A stretch of 64,000 nt of DNA, taken from contig OZ242214.1 of the NCBI GenBank assembly GCA_965206595.1, positions 3,520,001 to 3,584,000 of the forward strand. Direction: 5' to 3'. Of the stretch, positions 9,069-19,938 are shown in pieces. Positions within the stretch are counted from its first letter, which is position 1, and every line of letters begins with the position of its first letter. This DNA is from Candidatus Latescibacterota bacterium (GTDB taxonomy: Bacteria > Latescibacterota > UBA2968 > UBA8231). A program made the position numbers and the translations under genes. The notes beneath the pieces are model-generated. The model was not told the origin of the DNA. It was given only the letters and a program-made list of their open reading frames with translations, and ran no database searches.

Positions 9069-10870
9069 TGGCCGTCGTCCGTACGGCTGCGGTTCTCGCT
9101 GTCTTCGCCGCAGCAGGCTGTCGGGAGGCCTGCCCGCCGAAAAGCGCGCAACCACCCGCTGACACGGCGGCAACGGAAGCTCCCGTCCGCTTCGTCGACA
9201 TCGCCCAGGCATCCGGCCTCGTTTTTCGACACACCAACGGAGCGACCCCACACAAATACTTCCCGGAAACCGCAGGCGGAGGGGGCATGTTCTGGGACTA
9301 CGACGACGATGGCCTCCTCGACATCTACCTGGTCAACAGCGGCTGGGTGGTGGAGGAAGACCGCGGGAAACCGGTGTACAACGCCCTCTACCACAACACC
9401 GGCGCCGGCAGGCTCGCGGAGGTGGCTGCCCGGGCGGGGGTAGACGACGAAGGCTACGGGATGGGGTGCGCGGCCGGCGACTACGACAACGACGGCGACC
9501 CGGATCTCTTCGTCACCAACTACGGACCGAACAGCTTCTACAGGAACGATCGCGGCAGTCGCCCTTCCACCGGGCCGCCTTCCTTCACCGGGGTATCCCA
9601 AGCGCTCGAGGTTGCCGACGACCGCTGGGGAACGGGCAGCGCCTTCGCCGACTACGACCGCGACGGCGATCTCGATCTCTACGTCGCAAACTACGTCGAC
9701 TACAACCCCCACCGGGACGCCGACGCTGCCACCCCCTACCTGCCGATCCAGGACATCGGCAAGTACGAGGGGGACATCCGGGCCTACCCCCATCCCGGGG
9801 CCTTCCGCGGCAGCGCCGACATCCTGTATCGAAACGAAGGAGATTCCGGGTTCCGCGAAGTGACGCGCGAGGCCGGCGTCTACGACGAAAGCGGCAAGGG
9901 GCTCGGGGTGATCTTCGGGGACTGCAACGGCGACGGCTGGCCCGATCTCTACGTCGCCAACGACCTGGTGCGCAACTTCTTCTTCGTCAACAACGGGGAC
10001 GGAACCTTTGAAGAGGTGGCGCTGCGCGCGGGGACCTCCTTCGGGCAGGACGGAAAGGTCGAGGCCGGGATGGGTGCGGATTTCGGCGACTACGACAACG
10101 ACGGCGACCTCGACATCACCGTGACCAACTTCCAGAAGGAGCCAAACAGCCTTTACCGCAACGAGGGCAACGGCTTCTTCGCCAACCAGACCTTCGCCTC
10201 GGGAATCGGGCTGATCTCGCTGCCTCCCCTGGGTTTCGGGACCGGTTTCTTCGACTACGACAACGACGGACTGCTCGACCTGTTCGTCGCCAACGGACAC
10301 GTCCTCGACAACGTCGAGCTGTTCGACAGGTCGACGACATACTCCCAGGCCAACCAGTTGCTGCGCAACCTCGGGCCCGGCAAGTACGGCAGGTTCACTT
10401 TCGCCGACGTGACGGCCGCTTCGGGGTCTGGGATGCAGCTGGTGCAGCCGAGCCGAGGCAGCGCCGCCGGGGACTTGGACAACGACGGCGATGTCGATCT
10501 GCTGATCGTCAATCTCGGGGAAACCGCGGTGCTGCTGCGCAACGACGACGGCAACCGCGGCAACTGGCTGTCGATCGAAACGGAGGGCGTTGCCAGCAAC
10601 CGCGACGGCATCGGCGCCCGCATCCGCGTCGTTTCCGGCGACCTCGCCCAAGCCAGGGAGGTGCGGGGCAGCCGCAGCTACCTTTCGCAAAGCGACCTGC
10701 GCGTGCACTTCGGGTTGGGCGAACGCACCCTCGTCGACAGCCTCATGATCTCGTGGCCCGCCGGCGGAAGCGATCTCGTGACCAGCGTCGCGGTCAATCA
10801 GTTTCTCCTGGTTCGCGAGGGCGCCGGCACCGCCGCCCACCGCGAACCGAGGCAGGCTGGCTCGATTTGA
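9068..10870 (+). CDS. CRTAC1-like FG-GAP repeat protein with C-terminal ASPIC/UnbV domain (lipoprotein)
   Basis: ATG at 9068 overlaps the TPR stop; AAAGC lipobox; repeated DYDNDGDxDLxV motifs; C-terminal GIGARIRV..SYLSQSDLRVHFGLG. Confidence 0.9.
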   Translation: MAVVRTAAVLAVFAAAGCREACPPKSAQPPADTAATEAPVRFVDIAQASGLVFRHTNGATPHKYFPETAGGGGMFWDYDDDGLLDIYLVNSGWVVEEDRGKPVYNALYHNTGAGRLAEVAARAGVDDEGYGMGCAAGDYDNDGDPDLFVTNYGPNSFYRNDRGSRPSTGPPSFTGVSQALEVADDRWGTGSAFADYDRDGDLDLYVANYVDYNPHRDADAATPYLPIQDIGKYEGDIRAYPHPGAFRGSADILYRNEGDSGFREVTREAGVYDESGKGLGVIFGDCNGDGWPDLYVANDLVRNFFFVNNGDGTFEEVALRAGTSFGQDGKVEAGMGADFGDYDNDGDLDITVTNFQKEPNSLYRNEGNGFFANQTFASGIGLISLPPLGFGTGFFDYDNDGLLDLFVANGHVLDNVELFDRSTTYSQANQLLRNLGPGKYGRFTFADVTAASGSGMQLVQPSRGSAAGDLDNDGDVDLLIVNLGETAVLLRNDDGNRGNWLSIETEGVASNRDGIGARIRVVSGDLAQAREVRGSRSYLSQSDLRVHFGLGERTLVDSLMISWPAGGSDLVTSVAVNQFLLVREGAGTAAHREPRQAGSI

Positions 10871-11059
10871 CGCGGAACCGGACGGCTTCGGCCCCGGCAG
10901 CGAGGTGTCCGCAGCGCTGAGAAACGCTACCCAGGCACGAGAACGGCGCCCCTGGTGCCCCATTCTCCTGGCTCGGATTGCCCTGAGAGAACAGGACGAG
11001 CCGGCGGTGTATCCGGTGATGCTTCCTCCCCTGCAACGGCCACCCGAACCGGAAAAAAG

Positions 11060-13009
11060 GTGACTCCTCCCGTGCAGCGATTTCCCTTCCGGGCCGTCGG
11101 CGTCGGCGCCCTGATGGCCTTTGCCATAGCCACCGTATTTCCCTACGGGGTCCTCGTCAGGGGAACCTCCATCGGCCCCACCGATTTCATCGCCTCGGAG
11201 TCGCTGTTTCTGCTGTTCCTGCTGGTCGTCGTCAACACCCCGGCGAGGTGGCTGCTTCCGCGATTTGCCTTCTCGGCTCACGAGCTGGTCGTCATCTACG
11301 CGATGATGATCGCCGCTTCCGCCGTGCCCATCATCGGCGTCACCGCTCAGCTCATCCCCTTTCTACCGGGTGTCTACTACTTCGCCACTCCCGAGAACCA
11401 CTGGGACGAACTGATCCACCCCTACGTTAAATCCTGGCTGGTACCCCAGGACGAGGACGCCATCCGCTACTTCTTCGAGGGCCTGCCGCAGGGGCTGTCG
11501 ATCCCCTGGGACGCGTGGATGGTGCCGCTGCTTATGTGGGGGTCCTTCATGCTCTCCCTCTACCTGATGATGATCGCGGTGGCGACGCTGATGCACAGGC
11601 GCTGGCAGGACGAACGCCTCGTGTACCCGCTCGTGCAGCTGCCCCTCGACATGGTGTCGGAGGATGGGAGCGGCTCACCGGTGAACCGGTTCCTCAAGAG
11701 CCCGTTGATGTGGATGGGGTTCGCCATCCCCTTCGCGCTGCTCAGCTTCTCCGGTCTCCACGCCCATTTCCCCGCCATCCCCGGCCTCGAGCTCAGCACC
11801 CGGATACCGCTGTTCTACGGCATGAAGGGATTGGGGTACGCCCAGGACGAGGTCTTCGTGTCGTTGCGCTTCCTCCTCATCGGACTGAGCTACTTCGTCC
11901 CTCTCGAAGTGTCGTTCAGCCTGTGGTTCTTCTACCTGCTGAACCACCTGCAGGTCGGCCTCTTCACGCGCATCGGTTTCGACGTGCCGGGGTTCCAGGA
12001 ACTGCATTCGGAAGGGACCATCGCCAGCGCCCATCAGGGAATGGGGGCGATGATCGCCCTGGTGGCGGTTTCCCTGTGGACGGCGAGGCGCCACCTGTCC
12101 CGCGCCTTTCGGGCTGCGTTCCCGGGAGGCGCTGCCGGCGACGGGGAGGAGATGCTTCGCTACCGCACCTGTATCTGGATGCTGCTCGCCGCGGCGGCGT
12201 ACGCGGTGGCCTGGCTGAACGCGGCCGGGGTGCCGGTCGCCGTCGCCATGGCGCTGCTCGCGGTGGCGTTTGTCGTCTTCATCGGTCTGACACGGGTGGT
12301 CGCCGAAGGTGGGATCGGTTACGGGCGGGCGACCATGACCCCGATGGGGTTCACCGTGCACCTGTTCGGGACTGCGCAGATTGGTCCCGGGGGGCTGACG
12401 CATTTCGCCCTCGCCCACGGCTGGGGCGGCGACATTCGCACCACGGTGATGACGTCGGCGGCGAACGGCCTCAAACTCGCGACGGCCACCGGTACCCGGC
12501 GGCAACCGCTGTTCTGGGCGATTCTCATCGCGGTGACCGTGGCGCTGGCCGGCTCCGCCTGGACCGTGATAACCGCAGGCTACGCCCACGGGGGGATCAA
12601 CCTGCACTACTGGTTCTACGGCCGTTTCGGGCAGTGGGCGTACGAGCAGCTTGCGATCAAGCAGCTCAACCCGATACCGGACTGGAACATCCTCGGGCCT
12701 CGGGGGCTGTTCACGGCACTCGGCGCCGGCGTGATGGCGCTGCTGATGTTTCTCCGCCACCGGTTTCTCGGCTGGCCCCTGCATTACATCGGCTTTCCGG
12801 TCGCCGGCACCTACGTCATGTTCTTCGCCTGGTTCGGCCTCTTCACCGGCTGGCTGTTCAAGCTCGTCATCCTCAGGTACGGGGGCAGCCGCCTCTACCT
12901 GCGCCTGCGGCCCTTCTTCCTTGGGATGGTGCTTGGAAACATCGTCTGCGCCGGTTTCTGGATGGCCGTGACCCTGATCACCGGGGTGCGCGCCCCCATT
13001 CCGCTTTGA
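11060..13009 (+). CDS. Polytopic membrane protein, DUF6785/DUF6784-like (putative transporter)
   Basis: Many hydrophobic helices; ELVVIY, W..ERLVYPLVQLP, WPLHYIGF and K.VILRYGG..LY....PFFLG motifs as I recall them for this family; GTG start at 11060 estimated. Confidence 0.7.
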   Translation: MTPPVQRFPFRAVGVGALMAFAIATVFPYGVLVRGTSIGPTDFIASESLFLLFLLVVVNTPARWLLPRFAFSAHELVVIYAMMIAASAVPIIGVTAQLIPFLPGVYYFATPENHWDELIHPYVKSWLVPQDEDAIRYFFEGLPQGLSIPWDAWMVPLLMWGSFMLSLYLMMIAVATLMHRRWQDERLVYPLVQLPLDMVSEDGSGSPVNRFLKSPLMWMGFAIPFALLSFSGLHAHFPAIPGLELSTRIPLFYGMKGLGYAQDEVFVSLRFLLIGLSYFVPLEVSFSLWFFYLLNHLQVGLFTRIGFDVPGFQELHSEGTIASAHQGMGAMIALVAVSLWTARRHLSRAFRAAFPGGAAGDGEEMLRYRTCIWMLLAAAAYAVAWLNAAGVPVAVAMALLAVAFVVFIGLTRVVAEGGIGYGRATMTPMGFTVHLFGTAQIGPGGLTHFALAHGWGGDIRTTVMTSAANGLKLATATGTRRQPLFWAILIAVTVALAGSAWTVITAGYAHGGINLHYWFYGRFGQWAYEQLAIKQLNPIPDWNILGPRGLFTALGAGVMALLMFLRHRFLGWPLHYIGFPVAGTYVMFFAWFGLFTGWLFKLVILRYGGSRLYLRLRPFFLGMVLGNIVCAGFWMAVTLITGVRAPIPL

Positions 13010-13132
13010 GGCGGAGGCGCAGACGGCCTCCCCATCTCCACGGCCGGGAGGATCAGCCCCGATGCCCCGGCCCCGGGGATGCGCAGGGTCGCACTTTGTT
13101 TCCCCCCGCCGGCGACGAGCCAAGTTCCCCGG

Positions 13133-15343
13133 TCATCGCTTCATGTCGCCGAACCTGAGCACGGGCGGTGAGACGACCCTGAATTCGGGATTTCCCTCTT
13201 CGATTACGAGAAAGGCATCCATCGGAACCCCGGTGAAGACCTGGACATCTCCCGAGGCCGGCCAGGAGACCTCCAGCCTGTCGACCCTGTGCGCTGCCCC
13301 CAGGCCGATTGTCTGGCGCAGCGGATTGGCTCCGAAAGAGCCGCCGCTGTCGACGTGCTTGAAGATCGTGCGCCCACCCTGTTCGCCACTGACGTCGACG
13401 CGGATGCGGGCGCCGATGGCGGAACGATTGGAACGGGTCCCTGTAAGGTGGATGGCGATCCAGTGGTTTCCGAACCCGGGATTCTCGTAGAAGCTGTCGA
13501 GGTAACCGTCTCCCTTGTACGCCCCTCCCATCTGCGCGAAGACATCCTGGTCTCCGTCGTTGTCGAAATCGGCAAAGGCGACGCCGTGGCCTTTCTGCAG
13601 ATGGCCGAACCCACCTGCCGTGGTCACGTCGGCGAAGCGTTTTCCGGCGACGTTGAGGTACATGAGGTTGGGCATCAGCTCGCCGTAGTCGGTATCCCCG
13701 GTCCCGAGGTAGAAGTCGCAGAAGCCGTCGTTGTCGAGGTCTCCGAAGTTGGCTCCCATCGGTTTCGTCGGCTTGACGAGGTTCGCCTGCCGCGCGACGT
13801 CGACGAAGCCGCCCTTGCCGTCGCCGCGATACAGGCGCGACAGCCCGGCGCGGAACGAAAGCCCGAGGTAGGATGCGGCGACGTCGGCCACCCCGGCCTC
13901 GTAGGAAGCGACGTACAGATCGAGGTGGCCGTCGTTGTCGAAGTCCCAGAACCAGCAGGGAAAACTGTGCCTCGGCCCGGCTACCCCGAGGTCGGCGGCG
14001 ACGTCGGCGAACCCCCCGGCGCCGTTGTTGCGGTACATGCGGTTGGCGCCGCCGAGGTTGGAGACGTACAAGTCGGGGAAGCCGTCGGCGTCGTAGTCCC
14101 CCCAGACCGCGGCTTTCGCATAGCGATCGTTGACCACCCCTGCCGCCGCGGCGACTTCGCAAAAGGTGCCCTCCCCCTCGTTGCGGAACAGCTGCGACGG
14201 GGATATCTGCCAGTCCGAGGATTCGTTGCCGATGTAGACGTCGACGTCGCCGTCGTTGTCGAAATCCGCCCAGGCCCCCGTCTGCGTCGGGAAATGCCCT
14301 TCTCCCATACCCGCGGCAAAGGTCGCGTCGGAAAACCTGGCGCTCCCCTCGGATGCGTCCGACACGTTGCGAAGCAGCGAGTTGGGATGCCGCCCCGCTT
14401 CGGCGAACCAGCCGCCGCGAAGCACGAGGAGGTCGAGCCGGCCATCGTTGTCGTAGTCGGCCTGCACGAGATTGAGCCCCCCGACGATACCGGTGAGCTG
14501 CGCTTTTTCCGTTTCGTCCGCAAAGCCTGCCGCGTCGTTGCGCAGGAACCGCAACTGGCCCCCGATGTCGGAGGTCGATACAACGAGGTCGAGCAGACCG
14601 TCGTTGTCGAAGTCGTCGGCCACGGCGCCCCCCGATAGACTGAAAGTTCCGACCCCCAGGGCCGGACCGATGTTGGTAAAACGCGGAAACTCCGCCTCCG
14701 AGTCGAAAGCCGAGGGAGGAACCAGGTGCTCGGGGGGAACTCCGGAGGGGTACTCGCCGACCGTCATGAAGGCGATGTTGAGCAACCATCTCGCCTCGAG
14801 GCGGAGGGCAGTGGCGCTCTCCGGAGAGGAGGCGAGGATACGCTCGAGCCGGATGATCGCCTGCCGCGACCCCTCCTGTTTCAGGTGCACGCCCCCGCCC
14901 CTGATCGGCAGCAGGCAGCTGTCCGGAGAATTCCGCAGGCAACAGTTCTCGGTCTCTCCCAGGCGCAGGTAAGCCAGCGCCAGGCGCATGCCGACAGCGT
15001 TGCGGAAATCGGAGGAGGAGCTGCGCCCGGCGAGCAGGCGCTCGGCCTCGGAAAGGCGCCCGATCGCCGCGGCTTCCTCGCCGAGAAAGAGCTCGGCCAC
15101 CCCGAGATCGAAGTTCAGCCTGGCGCGCTCCTGAACGGACGCCGCGGCCGGCAGGGAGGCGAGCTCCGTCCGCAAGCGCTCCGCTTCCGCCACTCCCTGG
15201 TAGGGATTGGCCGCCAGGGTCGCGGCGCTCACCGCCCGGAGCTCGCCGAGCATGCGTTCGTGCGCAGGCCCGGCAGCCCATGCGGTTGCGGCCGCCGCCC
15301 CGCACAAGAGGAGGGCTGTTCCGATAGTCGAAAGCGATTTCAT
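13133..15343 (-). CDS. CRTAC1-like FG-GAP/ASPIC-UnbV protein with N-terminal helical Cys-containing domain
   Basis: Start MKSLSTIGTALLL (signal peptide); RLGETENCC..SCLLPI; DFDNDG repeats; GHLQKGHGVAFAD; GGSFGANPLRQTIGLG. Confidence 0.9.
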   Translation of the reverse strand: MKSLSTIGTALLLCGAAAATAWAAGPAHERMLGELRAVSAATLAANPYQGVAEAERLRTELASLPAAASVQERARLNFDLGVAELFLGEEAAAIGRLSEAERLLAGRSSSSDFRNAVGMRLALAYLRLGETENCCLRNSPDSCLLPIRGGGVHLKQEGSRQAIIRLERILASSPESATALRLEARWLLNIAFMTVGEYPSGVPPEHLVPPSAFDSEAEFPRFTNIGPALGVGTFSLSGGAVADDFDNDGLLDLVVSTSDIGGQLRFLRNDAAGFADETEKAQLTGIVGGLNLVQADYDNDGRLDLLVLRGGWFAEAGRHPNSLLRNVSDASEGSARFSDATFAAGMGEGHFPTQTGAWADFDNDGDVDVYIGNESSDWQISPSQLFRNEGEGTFCEVAAAAGVVNDRYAKAAVWGDYDADGFPDLYVSNLGGANRMYRNNGAGGFADVAADLGVAGPRHSFPCWFWDFDNDGHLDLYVASYEAGVADVAASYLGLSFRAGLSRLYRGDGKGGFVDVARQANLVKPTKPMGANFGDLDNDGFCDFYLGTGDTDYGELMPNLMYLNVAGKRFADVTTAGGFGHLQKGHGVAFADFDNDGDQDVFAQMGGAYKGDGYLDSFYENPGFGNHWIAIHLTGTRSNRSAIGARIRVDVSGEQGGRTIFKHVDSGGSFGANPLRQTIGLGAAHRVDRLEVSWPASGDVQVFTGVPMDAFLVIEEGNPEFRVVSPPVLRFGDMKR

Positions 15344-15439
15344 GATTTCCGGCAGCGATTGTCCCGGTTTCGAAAAATACCGTTCGCCATTTCCCCTTCC
15401 AATCGCCGCCCCCTTCCCATGCTTCCGCAAGGCGGGAAC

Positions 15440-17053
15440 ATGGCGTCCGTGCGCCTACCGATGCAGTTCCGCATCTTTTTCCCCGTCAACTCCAACGAAA
15501 TCAACGGCGAGGACGGTTTGTCACCCCCTGTTCCAGCAGACTCCTGCAATACGATACGCACATGGATACCGGCGGCGTTGCTCGCCGCCGCCCTGGCCTC
15601 CTGCTCGGAGGAGATCGACGAGAACACGGCGCTGGGCATACGCCACTTCACCACCGGGGATCTCACCGTCGCCCTGGAGGCCCTCCAGGCAGCCGAACGC
15701 GAGGGAGCCGACGACGAGGTCACCTACAGCTACCTGGCGCGTACCCACCTGGGTCTCGGCAAGTACGGTGAGGCGCACGAGGCGATCGAAAAGGGGATCG
15801 CCCTGGACCCGAAACAGGCCCAGCTGCACGAAATCCACGGCTCCGTGCATGCGGCCCGTTATGCCGCCCGCGCCTGGACGGAGATCCAGGATCGGGATGC
15901 CGAGGACGCCGTGAACGCCTACTCCCAGGCCATCGAGCTCGATCCCGGCCGCCCCTCTCCGCATTACAACCTCGGGGTCATGCACAGCTACCGCGACAGC
16001 GCAAGGCTGGCCGAGGCCGCCTTTCGCGCCGCCCTCAAAGCGGATCCGGACATGGCCCAGGCGCACAAGAAACTGGGCCGGATCCTGCGCCACAAAGGCC
16101 GCGCAGAAGAGGCCGCAGCGGCGTTCGAGCAGGCGGTCGAGCATGCCCCGGGCGACGCCGAAGCTCACTACCGCCTCGGGTTGTCCTACCGGGATCTGGG
16201 ACGTTTCGAGGAGGCCGCCGAGGTCATGGAGAAGGCGGTGGAGCTCAACCCCCAGGCCGCCAGGCTGCGCCTTACCCTGGGGAACCTCTACATGCGCCTC
16301 GGCAGGCGGGAGGACGGCAGGCGCGAGATGGAACTCTCCGAGGAGCTGCGCCGCAAGATGCAGGGGCTGCACGCCGAGATCACCCCCCCGGACGGCCCCG
16401 TCGTTTCCATCGGCACGCTCAAGGACCACTACCACCTCGGCTACAAGTACATGCTGGCAGGCGACCTGCCTGGCGCCCTCCTGGAATTCCGGCGCGCGAT
16501 GGAAATCGACCCGGAACACCGGGACTCCATCACCGGTCTGGCAATGGTCCTGACGCGGCTGGGGCGGCTGGACGAGGCCGCGGTCCAATTCGAGAAGAGC
16601 TCCGACCTCGACCCGGGCGACCCGCTCGGACACGCGCGTCTCGGAGGTCTCTATCTGCAACTCGGAGAGCTGGCCGCCTCCCGGCGGGCTTTCGAGCAGG
16701 CCGCGAAGCTCGACAGCACGATACCGGAGGTCTTCGGCAGCCTGGGGATGGTCGCCGCCCGCATGGACGATCCCGGCGTCGCGGTGGCCTATTTCTCGAA
16801 GGCGCTTGCCCTGCAGCCCGACTACCTCGAAGCACAGATCGGAATCGGAGTCACCCACTTCCGGCTCGGCCGCTTCGAGGAGGCCGCGGCTGCCTACCAA
16901 CGGGCGCTCGATCTCGACCCGGACAACCTCCGCGTCCTCGTGTATCTCGGGGACGCCAGCAAGAAGCTCGGCCGGCTCGATGAGAGCGGAAAACTGTACG
17001 AAAGAGCGCGCACGCTGAGGCGGGAACAGCTCGAAGGGCCCGGACCCGAATAG
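15440..17053 (+). CDS. Tetratricopeptide-repeat lipoprotein
   Basis: LASC lipobox followed by many TPR units. Start uncertain (15440 or 15461); the ORF-track extension to 14726 overlaps the opposite-strand gene. Confidence 0.85.
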   Translation: MASVRLPMQFRIFFPVNSNEINGEDGLSPPVPADSCNTIRTWIPAALLAAALASCSEEIDENTALGIRHFTTGDLTVALEALQAAEREGADDEVTYSYLARTHLGLGKYGEAHEAIEKGIALDPKQAQLHEIHGSVHAARYAARAWTEIQDRDAEDAVNAYSQAIELDPGRPSPHYNLGVMHSYRDSARLAEAAFRAALKADPDMAQAHKKLGRILRHKGRAEEAAAAFEQAVEHAPGDAEAHYRLGLSYRDLGRFEEAAEVMEKAVELNPQAARLRLTLGNLYMRLGRREDGRREMELSEELRRKMQGLHAEITPPDGPVVSIGTLKDHYHLGYKYMLAGDLPGALLEFRRAMEIDPEHRDSITGLAMVLTRLGRLDEAAVQFEKSSDLDPGDPLGHARLGGLYLQLGELAASRRAFEQAAKLDSTIPEVFGSLGMVAARMDDPGVAVAYFSKALALQPDYLEAQIGIGVTHFRLGRFEEAAAAYQRALDLDPDNLRVLVYLGDASKKLGRLDESGKLYERARTLRREQLEGPGPE

Positions 17054-17240
17054 TCGGGCAAGGCCAGATCGGAAACACCCCTTCCCGCCCACCCGGTCCC
17101 GCCCCTTCGAGGGGCGTTCCCCCCAGGCGAGGACAAACTCCCCGAACCATCGCATGACCGCCCTCCGGGGCTGTCCCGGCAACACCGGACGCCTTCCTTC
17201 CCCAATATTCGGTCCGCTGTCCTATCCGGTTGCCGCGGCA

Positions 17241-19772
17241 CTACATGCCCGGTTCGCGGTGCGCCAGCCGCTGCAGGATCTCCCTGGCGTTGCGTTCCCC
17301 CGGATCGACGAGCAGGGCCCGGCGCAGCTCGTTTCTGGCGGCCCCCCATTTCTCCTGCACCAGGGCGACCACCCCGAGGAGCATGTGGCGCCGCGCTGCG
17401 AAGCGCCGGTCGAGCTGCTTCGCCGTCTCCACGTCGACGCCGGCCAGGTACGGGACAATGCTCGCCGTCAGGTGCGCCGAGACGCTGCGAAGCGCCGGCA
17501 GCCCCCGGCTGGTCCCCTTGCGCTTGCGCTCGGAGAAACTGATGTAGGGACGGTCGTCGGTGTTGGTGTAACCGGTGCCCGCATAGGCGGCCAGCCCCGC
17601 CTCCCCGAGGGCAAAGGTGCTGAGCAGTGAGACAGCGTCGTCCAGGAAGACCTCGTCCAGCTGCCGGCTGATCGATGCTTCGCGCAGCCTGGCCTTCAGC
17701 TGTTCGACATCGATGTGCAATCTTTCCGGGGTGGCGAGCATCACCGCGTAGCTCCGCGTCAGCCACAGGGAGGCGTGCGGAAACACCGTCCTGAAGGTGC
17801 GCAGGATCATCTTGAAATCGGCCACCGTGAGGCCGTGCAGTGGCAGCCACTGGGCGACGATCCCCCCGGGGTTCAGCCGTTGCCGGCACAGCCGGTAGAA
17901 CTCCTCCGTGTACAGCACCCAGCTGTCCGCGGTGCCGGGATGGGTGGCGTCGCCGATGACCAGGTCGTACGTGCGCCCGCTACGCAGCACGTGGTTGCGG
18001 CCGTCCCCGGGAATCAGCTCGAGAACCCCCTGCCCGAAACGCTCGTAGATTTCGTTGTTGTGGTCGGCGAAGTGAATCCCGGCTTCCACTACCGCGGGCA
18101 CCACCTCGACGCATTCGATACGCCGGGGTCGGTATCCCTCCACCGTTGCCAGGGTGATGCCACCGCCGAAGGCGATGACGAGGACCTCCTCCGGGTGCGG
18201 GTGAACGACCATCGGCAGGGTTCCGAGAAGGCGGAAGGTTTGCAGCGAGGAGAAATCCGTAGGCACCTCCCCCCCGCCGTTGATCTTCAGTATCCGGTAG
18301 CCGCCGTCCGCCGCGTGCACGCTGACGGTACCTGCGGCGTCTTCGTCGAAATGGACCATCCGGGTGTTGCCGTGACTCCAGGCCAACATCTCCTCCATCA
18401 GGTTCCCGGGCATCGCCACCTTCCACAGCAGCAAGACCCCACCGGCCAGGACCACGGGCACGCACTTGCGTAGCCGGGCGGCGGCACTCCACCAGACGAG
18501 GAGCAGGCCGGCGGCGAGGTTGACCAGCGCCAGAAACTCGACCGACGCCTGGGTTCCGAGCAGCGGGATGAGCACGAAGCCGGCAGCGAAGGCCCCCATG
18601 ATCGCGCCGGCCGTGTTGACGGCGTAGATGTCGCCGACCTCGGTACCGACAGCCCCGAGCCTCCGCACCCGGATCCTGCCGACAAGGGGAAACAGGAACC
18701 CCATCATGAACGTCGGGACGAACATCACCGCTGCCGCGGCGATGAACAGCATGGCGATGTGAGCCTCCCACACCGGCCTTGGGAAGGCGACCATCAGCCT
18801 CGGCAGGCCGGCGACCGCCGCTACCGAAACGACGCCGAAAACCCCGAGAAGCAGTTCGACGACCCCGAAGGCGTACACCCTGTCGCGCAGGCGGTCGGCC
18901 CAGCGCGCCCCGGCCGCGGAACCCGCGGCGATTCCGGCCAGGAAGGTTACGACGATGGTGCTCAGGGTCTGCACCGTGGCGCTCGTCAGCGCCGTCTGCA
19001 GCAACCGGGTCCAGACCACCTCGTAGCCCAGTGCCGCAAACCCCGAAAGGGCGAACACCGCTGGAACAGCAATCTCCAGACGCCGCGGAAGGGGATCCGC
19101 GGAAGACACGAGGTCCGGCTGGCCGGGAGCTTGCGGTTGACTCCCCGTTCCGGCCGCCCGCTCGATCAGCAAGGCCGCAGCGGCAATGGCGAGATTGGCG
19201 GCCGCGGCGGCGAACACCGTTCCGCGTACCCCCAGGTGCTCCATGAGGAAAAAGGCCGCGGCGAAACAGCCGAGAGCCGCACCGGCGGTGTTGATGCTGT
19301 AGAGGGACCCCAGTTGCCAGCCGGCCGCGGAGAGGTGGCGCACGGCGAAACGGCAGAGGGCCGGAAGGGTACCGCCCATCAGGATCGTCGGTGGAAGCAG
19401 GACCAGAAAGCTCAGGGCGAAGCGCGCCAGCGCGAACAGCCAGGGCCTGCCCTCGAGCAGCTGGTAGAGGGCCGTGTGCACGTCGTCGAGGCCGCTCAGA
19501 ATCCACGGGAACGCCAGCGAGAAGAGACCAATTCCGAGCTCAAGCAGGGCGTAAATCCGCAGGCCGCGGCCGCGGCTGTCGGCGACGCGTCCGAACAGGG
19601 CGCTGCCCAGGGCCAGCCCGGCCATGAATGCGGTGAGAACGGTGCTGACGGCAAAGACGCTGACTCCGAAGACGATGATCAGCATGCGCACCCAGACCAC
19701 CTGGTACACGAGGGTGCAGGCCCCCGAGAGAAAGAAAAGGGCGGCGACCAGCAACGGGGTCTTCGAATTCAC
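17241..19772 (-). CDS. Fused membrane (MFS-like) / spermidine-synthase-like SAM-dependent transferase
   Basis: LFFLSGACTLVYQVVWVRML, LYSINTAGAALG and GYEVVWTR membrane repeats; Rossmann VLVIAFGGG..CVEVVP..DGRNHV..YDLVIGD; LYTEEFY. GTG start at 19772. Confidence 0.85.
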   Translation of the reverse strand: MNSKTPLLVAALFFLSGACTLVYQVVWVRMLIIVFGVSVFAVSTVLTAFMAGLALGSALFGRVADSRGRGLRIYALLELGIGLFSLAFPWILSGLDDVHTALYQLLEGRPWLFALARFALSFLVLLPPTILMGGTLPALCRFAVRHLSAAGWQLGSLYSINTAGAALGCFAAAFFLMEHLGVRGTVFAAAAANLAIAAAALLIERAAGTGSQPQAPGQPDLVSSADPLPRRLEIAVPAVFALSGFAALGYEVVWTRLLQTALTSATVQTLSTIVVTFLAGIAAGSAAGARWADRLRDRVYAFGVVELLLGVFGVVSVAAVAGLPRLMVAFPRPVWEAHIAMLFIAAAAVMFVPTFMMGFLFPLVGRIRVRRLGAVGTEVGDIYAVNTAGAIMGAFAAGFVLIPLLGTQASVEFLALVNLAAGLLLVWWSAAARLRKCVPVVLAGGVLLLWKVAMPGNLMEEMLAWSHGNTRMVHFDEDAAGTVSVHAADGGYRILKINGGGEVPTDFSSLQTFRLLGTLPMVVHPHPEEVLVIAFGGGITLATVEGYRPRRIECVEVVPAVVEAGIHFADHNNEIYERFGQGVLELIPGDGRNHVLRSGRTYDLVIGDATHPGTADSWVLYTEEFYRLCRQRLNPGGIVAQWLPLHGLTVADFKMILRTFRTVFPHASLWLTRSYAVMLATPERLHIDVEQLKARLREASISRQLDEVFLDDAVSLLSTFALGEAGLAAYAGTGYTNTDDRPYISFSERKRKGTSRGLPALRSVSAHLTASIVPYLAGVDVETAKQLDRRFAARRHMLLGVVALVQEKWGAARNELRRALLVDPGERNAREILQRLAHREPGM

Positions 19773-19938
19773 CGGCTGTTGCCGATTGCGGACAGGTTCA
19801 GGGAGCGACAGGTGCTCCCGCGGCGGTCCCGCGCTCGGACGCGGCATAGCCCGACTCTCGCATCCTCTGCCTGGGGGTGATGGCGCAGGCAGGGGCGGCA
19901 ACCCCGACCGCTGGCTGATGGGCGTGCATTCATCCTGG

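Noticed and set aside
9290-10510. Recurring GACTACGACAACGACGGCGAC-like DNA repeats, possible CRISPR array
   Set aside because: They encode the DYDNDGD FG-GAP motifs, are degenerate and irregularly spaced, and no cas genes are present.
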